Below, piece by piece: positions 49,659 through 62,159 of a DNA stretch of 64,000 nucleotides (position 1 is its first letter; every line of letters starts with the position of its first letter). Origin of the DNA: Callorhinchus milii (lineage: Eukaryota); the NCBI RefSeq assembly GCF_018977255.1, contig NW_024704743.1:109494001-109558000 (forward strand), given 5' to 3'. A program made the position numbers and the translations under genes. Below the pieces are notes generated by a model. That model did no database searches. It was given only the letters and a program-made list of their open reading frames with translations, and was not told the origin of the DNA.

Positions 49659-51287
49659 CTTTCAATAACAATTGGCAAAGATAGCTTCATCAAGCTTTGA
49701 ACAAAATCCATTTTGACGTCTCCAAAGCCGCCCTCTCGTTACATGGCATCACTCCCCAGACAGAAGCCGACGATCATTAAATGCATCGTTGGCTGACAAT
49801 TCTTCAGTTTGAAAGTAACCTTGAATGCATGACCTTAGACTGCACAGTAGAACAAATTAATCATGCAAGAGTGAAGTGAAAATGATTACTTTGGTTTCAA
49901 AAGAAAATGAGAAAGGAGCATGGCTGGCATTTTGTTTGAAGCTACTTCACATTTCATGAGTAACAAGCAACACATCTTAAAAGTTTAAAAATTCCACGAT
50001 AATAAAGGACTTGCAAGCTGCCCGTTGATTAACTTTGCTCAAGAGTAACGACAGGAATACAAAGGACCTGAGGAGACCAATAATAATCCTTGCATTTGAT
50101 ATAGTACCTGATCACGTTTGTGGACACAATCTCATATATCCAGGGCACCTTCATTAGTATGCAGAGAGGTTAGCAGATACTGCTCAAGCTTTGCATTTCC
50201 AATTGGTGAAACCATTCCTTGTTGGGTAATGTCTGAGCTGTGGGCAGGATGATGATGTCTGAGCTGGTGGCAGGAGGATGGTGGCAATGCTTAATAGTCC
50301 GGTTCCTTGACCAGACAGATCAACAGTACTCCAGGGCACTGCTGATGACAGATCAGTCAACCTGGCTCATCAGCAGCACTTAGAGGGTAGGGATTCTGGG
50401 AAGCAGTGATTCTTATGAGTCTGTTCTTGTGAACTCTGCAAGATAAAACCCTAATGGGTAGGGTGGCCCTAGCTGGACAAGCAGAAGGGCAAACCAGATT
50501 GGCCGAGAATGTCTGCAGTGGCAAGTGATGTGATTCTAGTTGGTTTAACTCCAGCAGTACTCCAACAGACATGCTGGAGCCCACAAGCATTTGCTCTTGC
50601 AGGTAATACTTTGGGGGATTAGGTGAGTGGGGGGATACTGTGGATAATTGGAGACTGACAATTCTGTTATATTTTAAATGTAAACACAAAATGGTCTGGT
50701 AGACTGAGATCAGATGAAACTTCAGAACTTCAGACCTGGATAGGTTGATGGGATAAAATAGCAGGAAGTGCAGGTTCCAGTTAGGTAGTTGATTGTGTTA
50801 ACACTTAGCATGGGAGGAGGTAGCTGAGAGCAAACATGGCTGCTTCAAAGAAATATTGTTCTGCATTATTCTGAGCAAGTCAGTGAACAGAAAAAAAAAC
50901 AATAAACGGAAAGAGAATAAGCTGTTAGCATTGCTGGAGGCATATCTGCCTCTTTACCTGGGTCTCCAGTGTTGGGGTGAAATTTGTTAGATTGTCAGAA
51001 GTAACAGAGAAAAGAAAATGAAAAAAAATGCATGCAAGATCTGCAGCAAAGATGGAGTTGATCTTTCATCAAAAAAAACTAAAATAGATTTCTGTCTTCC
51101 CAAACTAGCAGAGGACAAGCTAGCCTTCAACTATAGCTACTGAATGCTTTTGTTTTTCTAATGTCTTTTCTTCATGGTTTTCACCTGGTGAGATGTTTCC
51201 TTTGTAGTAACCAGACTTTCTGTATCAACTTGACTTAACTGATAGCACTCTCACCATCGGGTCAGATTGCCCACATTGGGACATGAA

Positions 51288-51462
51288 TTCATTGGTCATT
51301 TTCAATCCACACTGTTTGTGGGACACTGCTGTGCGCAATTGGCTGCCGCGTTCGCCCACAAATATACAGTCAATTCACTTTACAGTATGTTCTGTGAAGC
51401 GCTTTGGGACGTGTAGAAGACGTGAAAAGTGCTATATCAAATGCAAGGATTATTATTATTAT
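51288..51462 (+). mobile_element. tRNA-SINE short variant, 3' part
   Basis: ggtcattttcaatcc...cgtgaaaagtgctatatcaaatgcaagg(att)n. Confidence 0.88.
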
Positions 51463-52291
51463 TTGCTAGGGTGGCAGTATTGGTGGTGGGAGGTGGTAGC
51501 GGTGGTGTGGGGGTGGTGGTGAGGAGGGACAGTGGGGAGCACAGCATTGCTGTTTTTCAGATGAGATATTAAACCAAAGTCCCTCTGTGCCTTGTTCAGG
51601 TGAGCAGTAGATATCCCACAGGGGTACTCAATAAGAGAAAGGAGTTTCTCCCTGGATCTAGGCCGACTATGCTCCAGATTAATGTGTTTACAAATAAGCA
51701 GCCATTATAGCTTTTAGCAAATCATGTGAAGTGATTCTAAATATTTTGACAACGTGAAAGGAAATATATCAAATGTAAGTATGATTATTATTACAACTGG
51801 ACATTCACCTCATGGTGTCTGTAGGATCCAGCTGTGTGTACAGTTGCTGCCCCCACCTTTTGGTCTCATACAAATGTGAGGGAGAAGGGAATTGAGTTGT
51901 ATGGGGGTGAGGGATGGGGGATTTGGGATGGAGGCTTTTCATATGGAATATAAACTCTTGGATCAAGTTGATTATTTTGGTCTGTAAATTCTATGTAATT
52001 CTATGTATTAGATTTGATGACAATTATTCTAAAGAGTTTTTTTCAGTTATAAGATACTTTGAAAATGCGTTTTTTAATAAATCGTAGAAACTGTGATCAT
52101 ATGAGAAAGGGGAAGCTCAAAGCCGAAGAGCTTCAGGCTTTACTGTTCCTGTTGCTCATTCCCATGTTACTGAGTGGACTAAAATGAAATTCTCATGGTT
52201 CTAACAACTGCTAAATATCCAAAATGAGAAGTGATGAATGCTTTCCAGTGTCATTCTCAATGGACATGAATCCATAGGGCAGGATAGACGG

Positions 52292-52575
52292 ATTTTTGAC
52301 ACATACAGAAACTCATCACCATGTCGAAACGTAGTCAAACCAGGCTGAGAGTTCCACATATGCATGCTACTTGCACATATCAATTTATTTTATGTCTGGA
52401 ACAGAATGCATACTCTCTTCCTAGAGCACCCTACATATCTAATTGCAGAGTTGGGTGCATATTGGTGGGAGATGTCATGAGGACCCAGAGTGTATGTTGA
52501 GGCAACCAGCTAAACCTGCATGGCTTGCCATTTAAAGCACTGCCTGGCAAGCTCCTCACTGCTTTACCAGCTGCG
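52292..52575 (+). repeat. Copy of unclassified interspersed repeat (modules X and Y)
   Basis: gaaactcatcacc...ctgagagttccaca followed by gacccagagtgtatgttg...ccagctaaac...cctggcaagct. Confidence 0.6.
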
Positions 52576-54402
52576 ACGTTGGATATTGTCTTGGAGGTTG
52601 AACAGATGTCAAGTGGGATTGAGTTGGTGGGGGATCAGCTAGGATAGTTCCTATTCGGCTCCTGTTAAACTTGTAAGCAAAAGTCTAAACGAGTAGGGTG
52701 GTATTAGCTGAAGAAGCAGCAAGGGATATGAGATGTTCTTGTTCCGAAAAGGAATCAGAAAGTCGTTTTGCGATAAGAACGGAAGTCGACCTGTGCAATA
52801 TGCAAACTCGAGACATCAGCGGCTGTGAACAGAAGGCTGCAATCTGTGTTTCTACGCAACGCTGAGGCACGGGATGATGGCAATTAGGGATGACATGCCA
52901 AGTTTTGTATGCTACGCAAAATGAAATTCAATCACCAAGCAGGTCGCGTATTTATAGATCTTTGGGCAAAACCCGACTTTCTCTGTACACTTTTATTAAT
53001 GCCATTTCCATCACAAACTGCCATACCTAGTTGCTACTGACAAGAACACAGAAATGGTATGCCAGCTGTCAGCTTGTTCACCTGTTATTCCCCAGAGATC
53101 TTGGTTCACCAGCTCCGGGCAAGCTTACGGCATGTGGAGAGGTTGAATGGAAAAAGATGGGGGAGAGAGACTGCGGACTGGGCAAGAGCGGACAGCCTGT
53201 GATCATATCAGTTAAAGAGAGAAGGATCATCCTTCGCTCAATAAGCTATCTGTTTCTTTAAATTGCGCCTGCTTTTCATTTTATGCTTGAGTTTCTCTCT
53301 GTTCAAGAGAACAATTTGGGAAAATTCTCTTTTTTTCTCATTTTCGCTCATTCTCTCTTTCTCGCCATTCTTTGTGCTTGAAAATAGAACATTAAAGGAA
53401 TAATTATATCCCTCCCAATGTGGGTGAGCACTTGACTACATTTTCAGTGGTCAATTTGCCTAATAAAAAATCATAGATACAAGTTATTTTAATATGCCCC
53501 TTGCCTTGGAACAATGATAAAACTGTGATGTACTATTTTTTGGCAAAATATAATTATTTGTGTCAACACACTGCATTCAACCAATTTGCGTGAACTTCAA
53601 ACTTTTAGTGTAAGCAATTATCTTTCTGCTTTGAGTTCAAATGGTTTACTTATCGCACTTCACTGTATTATATCTTTCTATAGCACCTATGACTTTGAAA
53701 CATCTCAAAACAAATTCTGTAAAGTGTAGTAACTGTGTGTTTTTGATGAAGGCAAATGTGTATTATCAAAGCCGAATGCAGCAGCCAATTATTTGCACAA
53801 ACAGGCATGAAGGGAATGATCGATTTTTATCTGGGGAATTGTTGGTCAGGACATAGGGAGAAATTCCCTTCTCTTTCCCTTCAAGGGGAGAAACTCACTT
53901 ATCTTTAACGACAATCGAACAGGCAGATGGGGCCTTGGTTTAACGTCTTATTCAAAGGACAGTACTTTCTGCAATATCGTGCTCCCTCAGCACGGGGTCA
54001 GATGTCAGAGTTAGTGTGCAGTTGAAGAGGTAGATTTTTCAAAACAGGGAGAGAGTGTGTAAGGTGGAAGGAAATTAGGAACAATTTATATTGCATTTCA
54101 CATACTGTATTTAACCTTCCGTATGTGTGAAGCCATGTCATCAATATTCATGTCCAATTCCTTTATTCAGTACAGAATAAACATGAACATTACATATTTA
54201 TAGACTTGCACTAAAAATGGACTTTTGTTTGCTTCTGTACATAGGGAAATGTTCAAATACCACTGGATGCGTCAATGCTAGATGGTGCCCGCAACAGGAC
54301 AGACAGGACTTAAACATAGGAACGTGGGCTGAATACCACTGTTTGGGAATGACGGCAAAGGTTTTAAAGAGGACAATAACAACTGCCATTGAGATTTAGC
54401 TC

Positions 54403-54838
54403 CATAGAAACATAGAAACAGGAGTAGGCCATTCAACCCCTCAAGTCTGTTACGCCGTTCTATAAGGTTATGGCTGATCTGTACCTCAAGTTCAGTTATC
54501 CTCCTTTCCCCCATATCCCTTAATACCCTGACCTAACAAATTTCTATCCACCTCAGGCTTGAAGATGGGAATGGATCCAGCATCCACAACCTTTTGGGGA
54601 GAGAGTTCCAGCTTTCCACTACGCTTTGGGTAAAAAACTGCCTCTTAATTTTACTCCTAAATGGTTTAGCTCTAATTTTAAGATCATGCCCCCTAGTTTA
54701 TACAACCTGTCCTCATAATTTAACCCTTTAAACCCTGGTAGCATCCTGATGAATCTGTGCTGCACAGCCAGTATATCCTTCCTCAGGTGTGGTGCCCCAA
54801 ACTGAACGCAGTACTCAGATGGGGTCTGATCAAGGCCC
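54403..54838 (-). mobile_element. CR1 3' fragment
   Basis: ORF 54619-54858 EYCVQFGAPHLRKDIL; tail gggttgaatggcctactcctgtttctatg. Confidence 0.88.
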
Positions 54839-55272
54839 ATTTGCTGCTTGCGCCACACTGCGCATGCACGTCCACAACCACTACGCCCACAGTGACGTCA
54901 AATAAACATTGTGAGCGGCCCATGAGCCAGAAATGACATTTATGCTGGGTTTGTAGCAGACGAGGGGCGTTGTAGTGGAAAAGGTGTGGCCGCACTTTTC
55001 TGTTGGCCCAGCTCATGTCCACTGGCTCTACACAAAGGTTTGGGGAATAAAACCACATAAATGCTGAAGTGCTCCATCCTGAGTTAAACCACACCAAGTA
55101 ACAGGTTGAAATATTGTTTCCAATTTAAGCCACCCCATTATAGGAGCAAACTAAAACAATAAAAATCCTTTGTATTTGTTACAGTATCTTATCAGGTTGT
55201 TGAAACATCCCAAAGCGCTTCACAGGATTTACGCTAGAGCGTAGAGACTGTGAATTTTGGAGGTGAAAGTTC

Positions 55273-55725
55273 AACAACACCAACAATTTGCATTTATATC
55301 GCACCCTTCAAGCGGGCTAGCATTGCTGAACAATGGCGGAGTTTGACATCAAGCTAGGGAGAAAGGGAATGTGACCGTAGGCATGGTCGAAGAGGAAAGT
55401 CTTGAGGTGCAATTTAAAGATGTTAAAGAAGGGAAAAGCAAAGGGATTGTGATGGCTCCATAAGTTTGGGTGTAATGGTTGAAAGCATGGCTGCCAATGG
55501 TGGAGTGGAGGCATCCGGGATGTGCAGAAGTCCTGAGGCTTCTGCACATCCCGAGCAAAGGGGGCAGATGGAGGAGTAGGGTGTTAGCAGATTGAAGAAG
55601 TAGGGATGTGCTAGGGCATGAAGTGATCTGTAGATGAGTGTGAGGAGCTTGAAATCAATTTGTTCTGTGATAGGGAGTCAGCAGAGCCTGGCAATCACTG
55701 GGATGATGGAGGAGCGGAGTTTGGT
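55273..55725 (-). mobile_element. L2-B 3' fragment, diverged
   Basis: LKTFLFDHAY reading and L2-B-type tail aaatgcaaattgttggtgttgttg. Confidence 0.75.
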
Positions 55726-57170
55726 ATGCAAATTGGCAGCTGCATTTTCCTACAAATAGACAGTTACTACACTCAACAGCAATTACGTATACACTTTGTG
55801 TCCTTCTGACATTATTTATACTCCATCTAATGCATTGGTTGCTTTTTATTATTTCAAACTGTTACCTATTGAGACTGAAACTCTCTTTACGCACCTTAAT
55901 TAGCATTTAGCGATAGAATGACAGCTTGGTGGGGTTTAATGAATCTCACTTGCTATGGTTTATGAGCAGAAAAATGGGCAAATAATGCAGCAGAAGGAAA
56001 GGTGTGTGGGTGTGTGGGGGGGAGGCGAAGTACAGGAAAGTAATTTGTGAAGGTGACAATTGCAACGTAGATCAAAACAGTCGGTGAAGAGGCCGAAAAA
56101 TGCACTCCTACCAAATGCTTCTCTGCAACTCATAATAAAATCTCAACACTACAGAATCTCAAGCATGGTTAACTTTAGGTAGCACTTTTTATCTCAATGC
56201 AGAACCTCACTTAGGATGGATGATATGCAAGTCAATTTGCTGTTATAAAGGCTGAAGGAGCATAAAGCATAGAGGAATCTTACTACAAATAATTATAAAA
56301 TATGACCTTTAAGCTCCACTGGCTACAGCCACCATAAACAGGAGGCAGGAAAGTTAAATGGACGATAAATCTTTTTACGTTATAAGGGGTTGAATTCACT
56401 AAATCTTTCCCTCACAGCACAGTCTTCATTGTTTCTTGACAGGAGTGGTATATAACATAACTGATGAATCAGTGGAGTCAAGCAGAGCAGGTAGAGAGAG
56501 ATATCAATGGGTTTTGATTTTATGGGGCTTGCAGTTGCTGAGCCAAGAGAGAAGCAAACATTGAACACAAGGTCACAATTATCACAGGTTAAACACCAAA
56601 ACCAGTCAGTTATGAAGATTTTGACACTGCTGTGTAACCAACTGTAGTAGTAACAGCAGCATAGAAATATGGCATCCCTTCTAAAGCCCAACCCAAGCCA
56701 CAAATAATAGTATGAAAAACAATAATCTTTGCATTCAAGATAGCACCTCATCAAATCCTCAACACATCTGAAAACACTTCAATTGATTTACTGAAAGGTG
56801 AATGACTGTCTATTTGTAGGCAATTGGGGTTTTGTTGTCTCCTAAATGACCATTAAGGCATCAGAAGGCTGGACTCTGATATCTCATTCAATATAGTCAA
56901 GTGGTACATAGCAAGAGTATGCACGTATGTGTGTGTGCATGTGGGTGGGAAATGCTTCCTATCCAACATTAATAATTGCAACAAATTCATTGACATTTCC
57001 TGATTTAACTCTTACTTTCTCTAATTTATGAGTCTCAAAGATTTGATAATAAAATGAATAATAATCTTTGTAATTGACATTATGTCTTATCATAATGTCA
57101 ATCACGGTACTGGGGCGGTTGGGCACTGTTGGAGTTGAGATGAAAGATTAACTTGAGTTCTCATCTACTT

Positions 57171-57997
57171 CCGCACCTCAGGTGCTGACAGCATCAGCAT
57201 CCAAGGCTGCACTCTCCACCTCTCAAACCCAGTCAGGAACCTCGGTGTTCTGTTTGACCCTGAGCTGTCCTTTCTTCCTCATATCCGCCCCACAACTGGC
57301 ACCGCCTTCCATCACCTCCGAAACATCGCCAGACTACGGCACTACCTCACCCCTCACGCTGCTGAAACTCTGGTCCACTCCTTTATCATCTCAAGGCTGG
57401 GCTATGGGAACTCTCTCCTCGCCGGCCTTCCCGGCACCTCACTCCACAAGCTGCAGGTCATTCAGAACTCTGCAGCTCGTGTACTGTCCCGCACCAGGCT
57501 TCAGGACCACATCACTCCCACCCTCGCTCGCCTCCATTGGCTCCCCATCCCCCAGAGGATCGAATTCAAGATCCTCATCCTCACCTACAAGGCCATTCAC
57601 GGCCTTGCTCCCTCCTATCTCTCCGACCTACTATCCCCCTACCTACCTGCCCGTACCCTCCGTTCCTCTGGCTCCGGTCTGCTCCACATCCCCCGCCCTA
57701 ACCGCCCTACCATTGATGACCGGGCCTTCAGTCTCTCAGCCCCTAGGCTCTGGAACTCTATCCCCCAGTGCCTTCGCCTTGCTCCTCCCTTTCCTCCTTC
57801 AAGGCCGGTCTCAAGACCTTTCTCTTCGACCGTGCCTTCAGCTCTCCTCTCGACTCTCTACCGTCTCCTCGCTCCCTCGCTTCCCTCCCCTCACCCTGAC
57901 CATTTCCCCCCTGCTCGGGTCCCAACCCAATTGTCCAGCGCCTTGGGACGTTCTCCCGACGTGAAAGGCGCTCTATAAATGAAATCTTGTTGTTGTG
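57171..57997 (+). mobile_element. L2-A 3' part inserted in a Deu-type SINE
   Basis: Near-identical by eye to 28320-29150 in reverse; TACTT at 57166-57170 and 57998-58002. Confidence 0.95.
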
Positions 57998-58056
57998 TAC
58001 TTGTTGAGATGAAGGTTAGAGATCCCATGGCACTATTTGAAAAGAGAAGGGACTTT

Positions 58057-58400
58057 AATAATAATAACAAAATGACATTTGTATAGTGCCTTTCACGTCG
58101 GGAGGACGTCCCAAGGTGTTGGACTGTCAGTGTTTCGGACCCTTCATAATAATCCTTGCATTTGATATAGCGCCTAATCACGTCTTCGAGACACCTCAAA
58201 GCATTTCACAGAATATTCTGTATTTTGAATTGACTGTATATTTTGTGGGTGAAACACGGCAGTCAATTGTGCACAGCAATGTCTCACAAACAGTCATGGA
58301 TTGAAGTGACCAATTTTTTTTTGAAGGAATTAATACCCCCGGAAAAGCGATCTGCCAATTGACTAACAACTGGGTTCTTACTGCTTGTTGCTAGGTAAAC
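58057..58400 (-). mobile_element. 5'-truncated long-variant SINE carrying an L2 tail within its (att)n end
   Basis: ACTTT at 58052-58056 and 58399-58403; L2 tail at about 58066-58145. Confidence 0.82.
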
Positions 58401-59212
58401 TTTCTTCCGGTGTCCTGATGAACAATCGTCCAGATCAAATTAGTCATTCACTTCATGGCTTTTTGTGGGACATTTTTCCATTGGAATGGAATAAGGAATT
58501 GAAATTCTTCTGGTGGTAAGACAATCTACCTGAAAAACGTATTGATGAGTTGCCTCTATTCTCTCAGATGGATATTGGGATATTGCCAGGAGCTTACCTC
58601 AGCTCCGTTGTCTTACATCTGTGGTCATTGTAGTTTGGTGTCGGGCTTGTGGCTTGATCTTACTTTGGTTCACAAGTATAACCAATGAGGATTGAATGCA
58701 TAACCTTAAAACACTGGGGAAAGGTGGTCAGCACTCAGAATCTGTCACGTGTTGACAAATGTTCACAATGCAAAAGAGCACTACACAGAGAGCAAGGTAG
58801 AAAAAACATTTTGCTTGTTTTGTTAAGCAAGATTGATGAGGGAGATTGCAAGCAATCTCCAGGCAACTTAAGGATAAATATGGTCTCCTTCAAGTGATTG
58901 TATTATGGATGGTTTGCACATTCTCATCATTATGCCTAAAGGTAGCATATGGAGTGATACCAAGCACTCAAAATGGCTCTTCTTTATTTTTCAGGTAGTG
59001 ATTGATGACCAGTTAATGCAAGTGTGATGGATCCTCTCTTGTTTGGCCTCTCTCCCACTTGCTCTCTGTTTCTTGAATTATTCTCATTTTTTTTAACTTC
59101 TGTCTCCACGCTTGGCTTCCCTGCCGAACGCAGGGGTGGAAGCTAAAAGACTTGACTGCTAGCTCTGTGTTTTTTTACAGGTCTCATTTCTTGCTCAATC
59201 TGGGTCTATTAT

Positions 59213-59540
59213 GAAGTTCTGTAGCTCCGTGGTTAGAGGATTCGCCTCGCAAGCGAGAGACCTAGGTTCGATTCCTAGCAGAGCGAAACATTGGGTAGTT
59301 TCCTTACTACACACGCCTCTGTTTACCTAGCAGTAAGTAGGAACCCGGTTGTTAGTCGATTGGCTGATCACTTTTATGGGGGTAATAATTCCTTCTAAAA
59401 AATTAAACAACAATAATTTAGTCACTCAATCCACGACTGTTTGTGGGACACTGCTGTGCAAAATTAGCTGCTGCATTTCTCCCACAAAATATACAGTCAA
59501 TTCATTTTGCAGCATATTTTGTGAAGCGCTTTGAGACGTG
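59213..59540 (+). mobile_element. tRNA-Ala-headed SINE, long variant
   Basis: Head with CTAGG-TTCGATT-CCTAG T arm; long middle segment; tail truncated after the stem-loop start. Confidence 0.9.
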
Positions 59541-60885
59541 ATGAATCTTCGTTCTGGTGATGAATCCTCTAACATTAGAATAAGATCAGAAACATTAAAC
59601 AATTGGGTAAGTCATGAAGTGAATGATCAAGGACACCAGGTGAAACGCCATTCTCTTTTTGAAATCTCTTTCTTCGCCCACAAAATGTGCAGTCAATTCA
59701 CTTTACAGTATATTCTGTGAAGCACTTTGAGATTTCTCAAATAAGTGATAAGGCATTGTATCAAATGCAAAGATTATTATTATTATTATTATTATTAAAT
59801 AATGTCAGAATATCTTTAATCTCAACCTGAACAGGCCATTGTGATTGTCTCAAGTTTTAAGATTCTGCTAAATTTGTGAAATCTAGTCTTAATTTGGAAG
59901 ATGATTTATTTTTAAGAAGGGAGGGAAAAAAAACAGCTTTCAAATTAACGCTGGATTGTTCTACACAATCTGAAATATAATTATAAATTAAATATTTTAA
60001 TGATGGTTATCACATCAAATCAGTTGCAAATTCAAATTACCTTTGGGAACGATCACTTAAGAAATAAACTTTTTGGAGCAATGGATTCATCTCTGATGTT
60101 AAAATCACAAAAGCTTCTGAAATAATTTCCCTGGTACTTGTGATCCAGGGTAACACGTCAAAGGGAGAGTGTCCCGATTGCATACTTGCTTCGAGCCTGA
60201 GATTATTGACTTCAGTGAAAGCAAAACTAACCCAAGCAAAGACACAATTGGCCAAATGCATTCTGTGAGCTCTCGATAGTTCTCTTTTCGGATTTTTTAA
60301 AAATACAGTAGCGGAACGTGAGTTAATTTGGATCACTTTAGATTGATTCTCAGAATATCCCTTCATAAAAAGATTGGCACCATGCATGAACAGAGAGACG
60401 AATTGCTGCTTCACTCATGTGTAATGCCCTTGTGCACTTGACTAGTTCCGACGGAACATTTTAGATTTCACCATGGAGATCAAAGTGACGAAGATGAAAA
60501 AAACCTAAATAATCATCCCTGCGTTTGTTACAATGTTGAAAATCTCAAAGTATTTTGCAAGTTCTTGCTGTCAAGCACATTGCTATGTGCAGGTTGGCTC
60601 CTGGGTTTGCCTACAAAACTCGCAGTCACTACATTTTGAAGTAAATCCTTTAAAAATGATTGTTTGTGGGACATTGCCATGTGCAATTGTCTGGTTCGAT
60701 TCGCCCACAAAATATACAGTCGCTCACTTTGCAGTATATTCTGTGAGACATATCAATAATGTGATAAGGCTGTATGTCAAATGCAAGGATTATTATTAGT
60801 AGTAATAAATCCTGTAAAGTGATAACTCTGATAATGCAGCTCACCTCCTTAACACCACATTGCAGTGTCACTTAGACTGTGAACT

Positions 60886-61400
60886 CAACAACAACAAAGT
60901 TACATTTGTATAGTGCCGTTCACGTCGGGAGGATGTCCCAAAGTGCTGGACAATCAATGTTTCGGACCTGAGCTAGGGTCAGGATTGGGGAGAGTGAAGG
61001 GTGGGGGTGAAGGAGGATGACCAAAGGCACGGTCAAAGAGGAGGGTCTTGAGATGGGTCTTGAAGGAGGCAATGGAGGGGGCAAGGCTCTCTAGAACTGC
61101 GGGATGGAGTTCTAGAGGGTGGGGATGCAGTCACTAAGATGGATATGTATATGTTGAAGAGGAGAAGATCAAGCACAGTGCCCCGAGGAACACCACATAA
61201 GACGGTGCAGAAGCTGGAGGGGAAGACGTTTGTGGAGATAAAGTAGAGACGGTGTTTGAAAGGTAGGATCTGAACCTCTCAAGGACAGAACCATGAAGGT
61301 TAATGTAAGAGGAGAGGCGATGGGTGGAGGATAGAGTGGTTAACAGTATCAAAGACAGCAGAGAAGTCAAGGAGGTTGAGGAGACAGAAATAGCCCTGGT
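60886..61400 (-). mobile_element. L2 with large internal deletion (RT start joined to 3' tail)
   Basis: LLDFSAVFDTVNHSIL in ORF 61300-61557; tail gggacatcctcccgacgtgaacggcac...(gtt)n. Confidence 0.85.
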
Positions 61401-61434
61401 CACAGATGGACAAAATGTTATTTGTCAATCTATG

Positions 61435-62159
61435 AACAAACATGACAGCTAATCCATGCCAGCAATGTCCAACAAACAACAAAGAGGCAAAGACTAACAA
61501 AGAGTAACAAACACTTTCACACTGAGATAACCAATCCCAAAATGACACAATATTCATATAATATTTATAATTTCCCTTTCCACAAAACTTTCTGGTAGAA
61601 TTATAATACTAATCTTGCATTTGATATAGTGTCTTATTACATTGTAGAAACATCTTAAGGTGCTTCATATGATTTACTGTAAAGGGTAGTGGCCATGTGT
61701 TTTGTAAGCAAACCCAGAGGCTAATTTGCTTTGAGATATATTTCAACGTTATAGGTGTTGTATTTCAAGGAATAAGGTCAGTCCTAATGCACAATTTCCA
61801 GACAGTCAGTCACATCCATAGGCATATTGAAAACCACGAGGAGACCATTCAACCCTTCAAGCCTGTTCCAACCAGTTTGAGTTCTTGGCAGACCTGTTAA
61901 TCCCAATGCACTTTTGCCATACTCCTTATACCCCTTAATTCTCCCCAACAATAATATTATCCAATTTGCATGAATACAGTACCTCTGACATGAACTATAA
62001 CTGAAATGAATGTTGCTGTGCAGACAAACATGGTTGTTAATCGATACCAGGAACGTCCAACAAAGAACAAGGAGACAAATTACAGACACTTTCCACACTG
62101 AGATGACCAATCCCTAAAACTATACAATATTCATACAATATTTATAATTTACTTTTCCA
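61435..62159 (+). repeat. About 140-bp imperfect direct repeat (61435-61582 and 62024-62159)
   Basis: acaaacatg...gtccaacaaa...cacactgagat-accaatccc...caatattcata-aatatttataattt in both. Confidence 0.85.

Noticed and set aside
57182..57964. 260-aa Ser/Pro-rich ORF (and 248-aa twin at 28423-29169)
   Set aside because: Alternative frame of C-rich L2 ORF2; few stops are expected from the composition and it has no ATG start
59548..59600. Further hammerhead-like motif (TGATGA...GAAACATT)
   Set aside because: No intact CUGANGA box and irregular stem II; single degenerate instance
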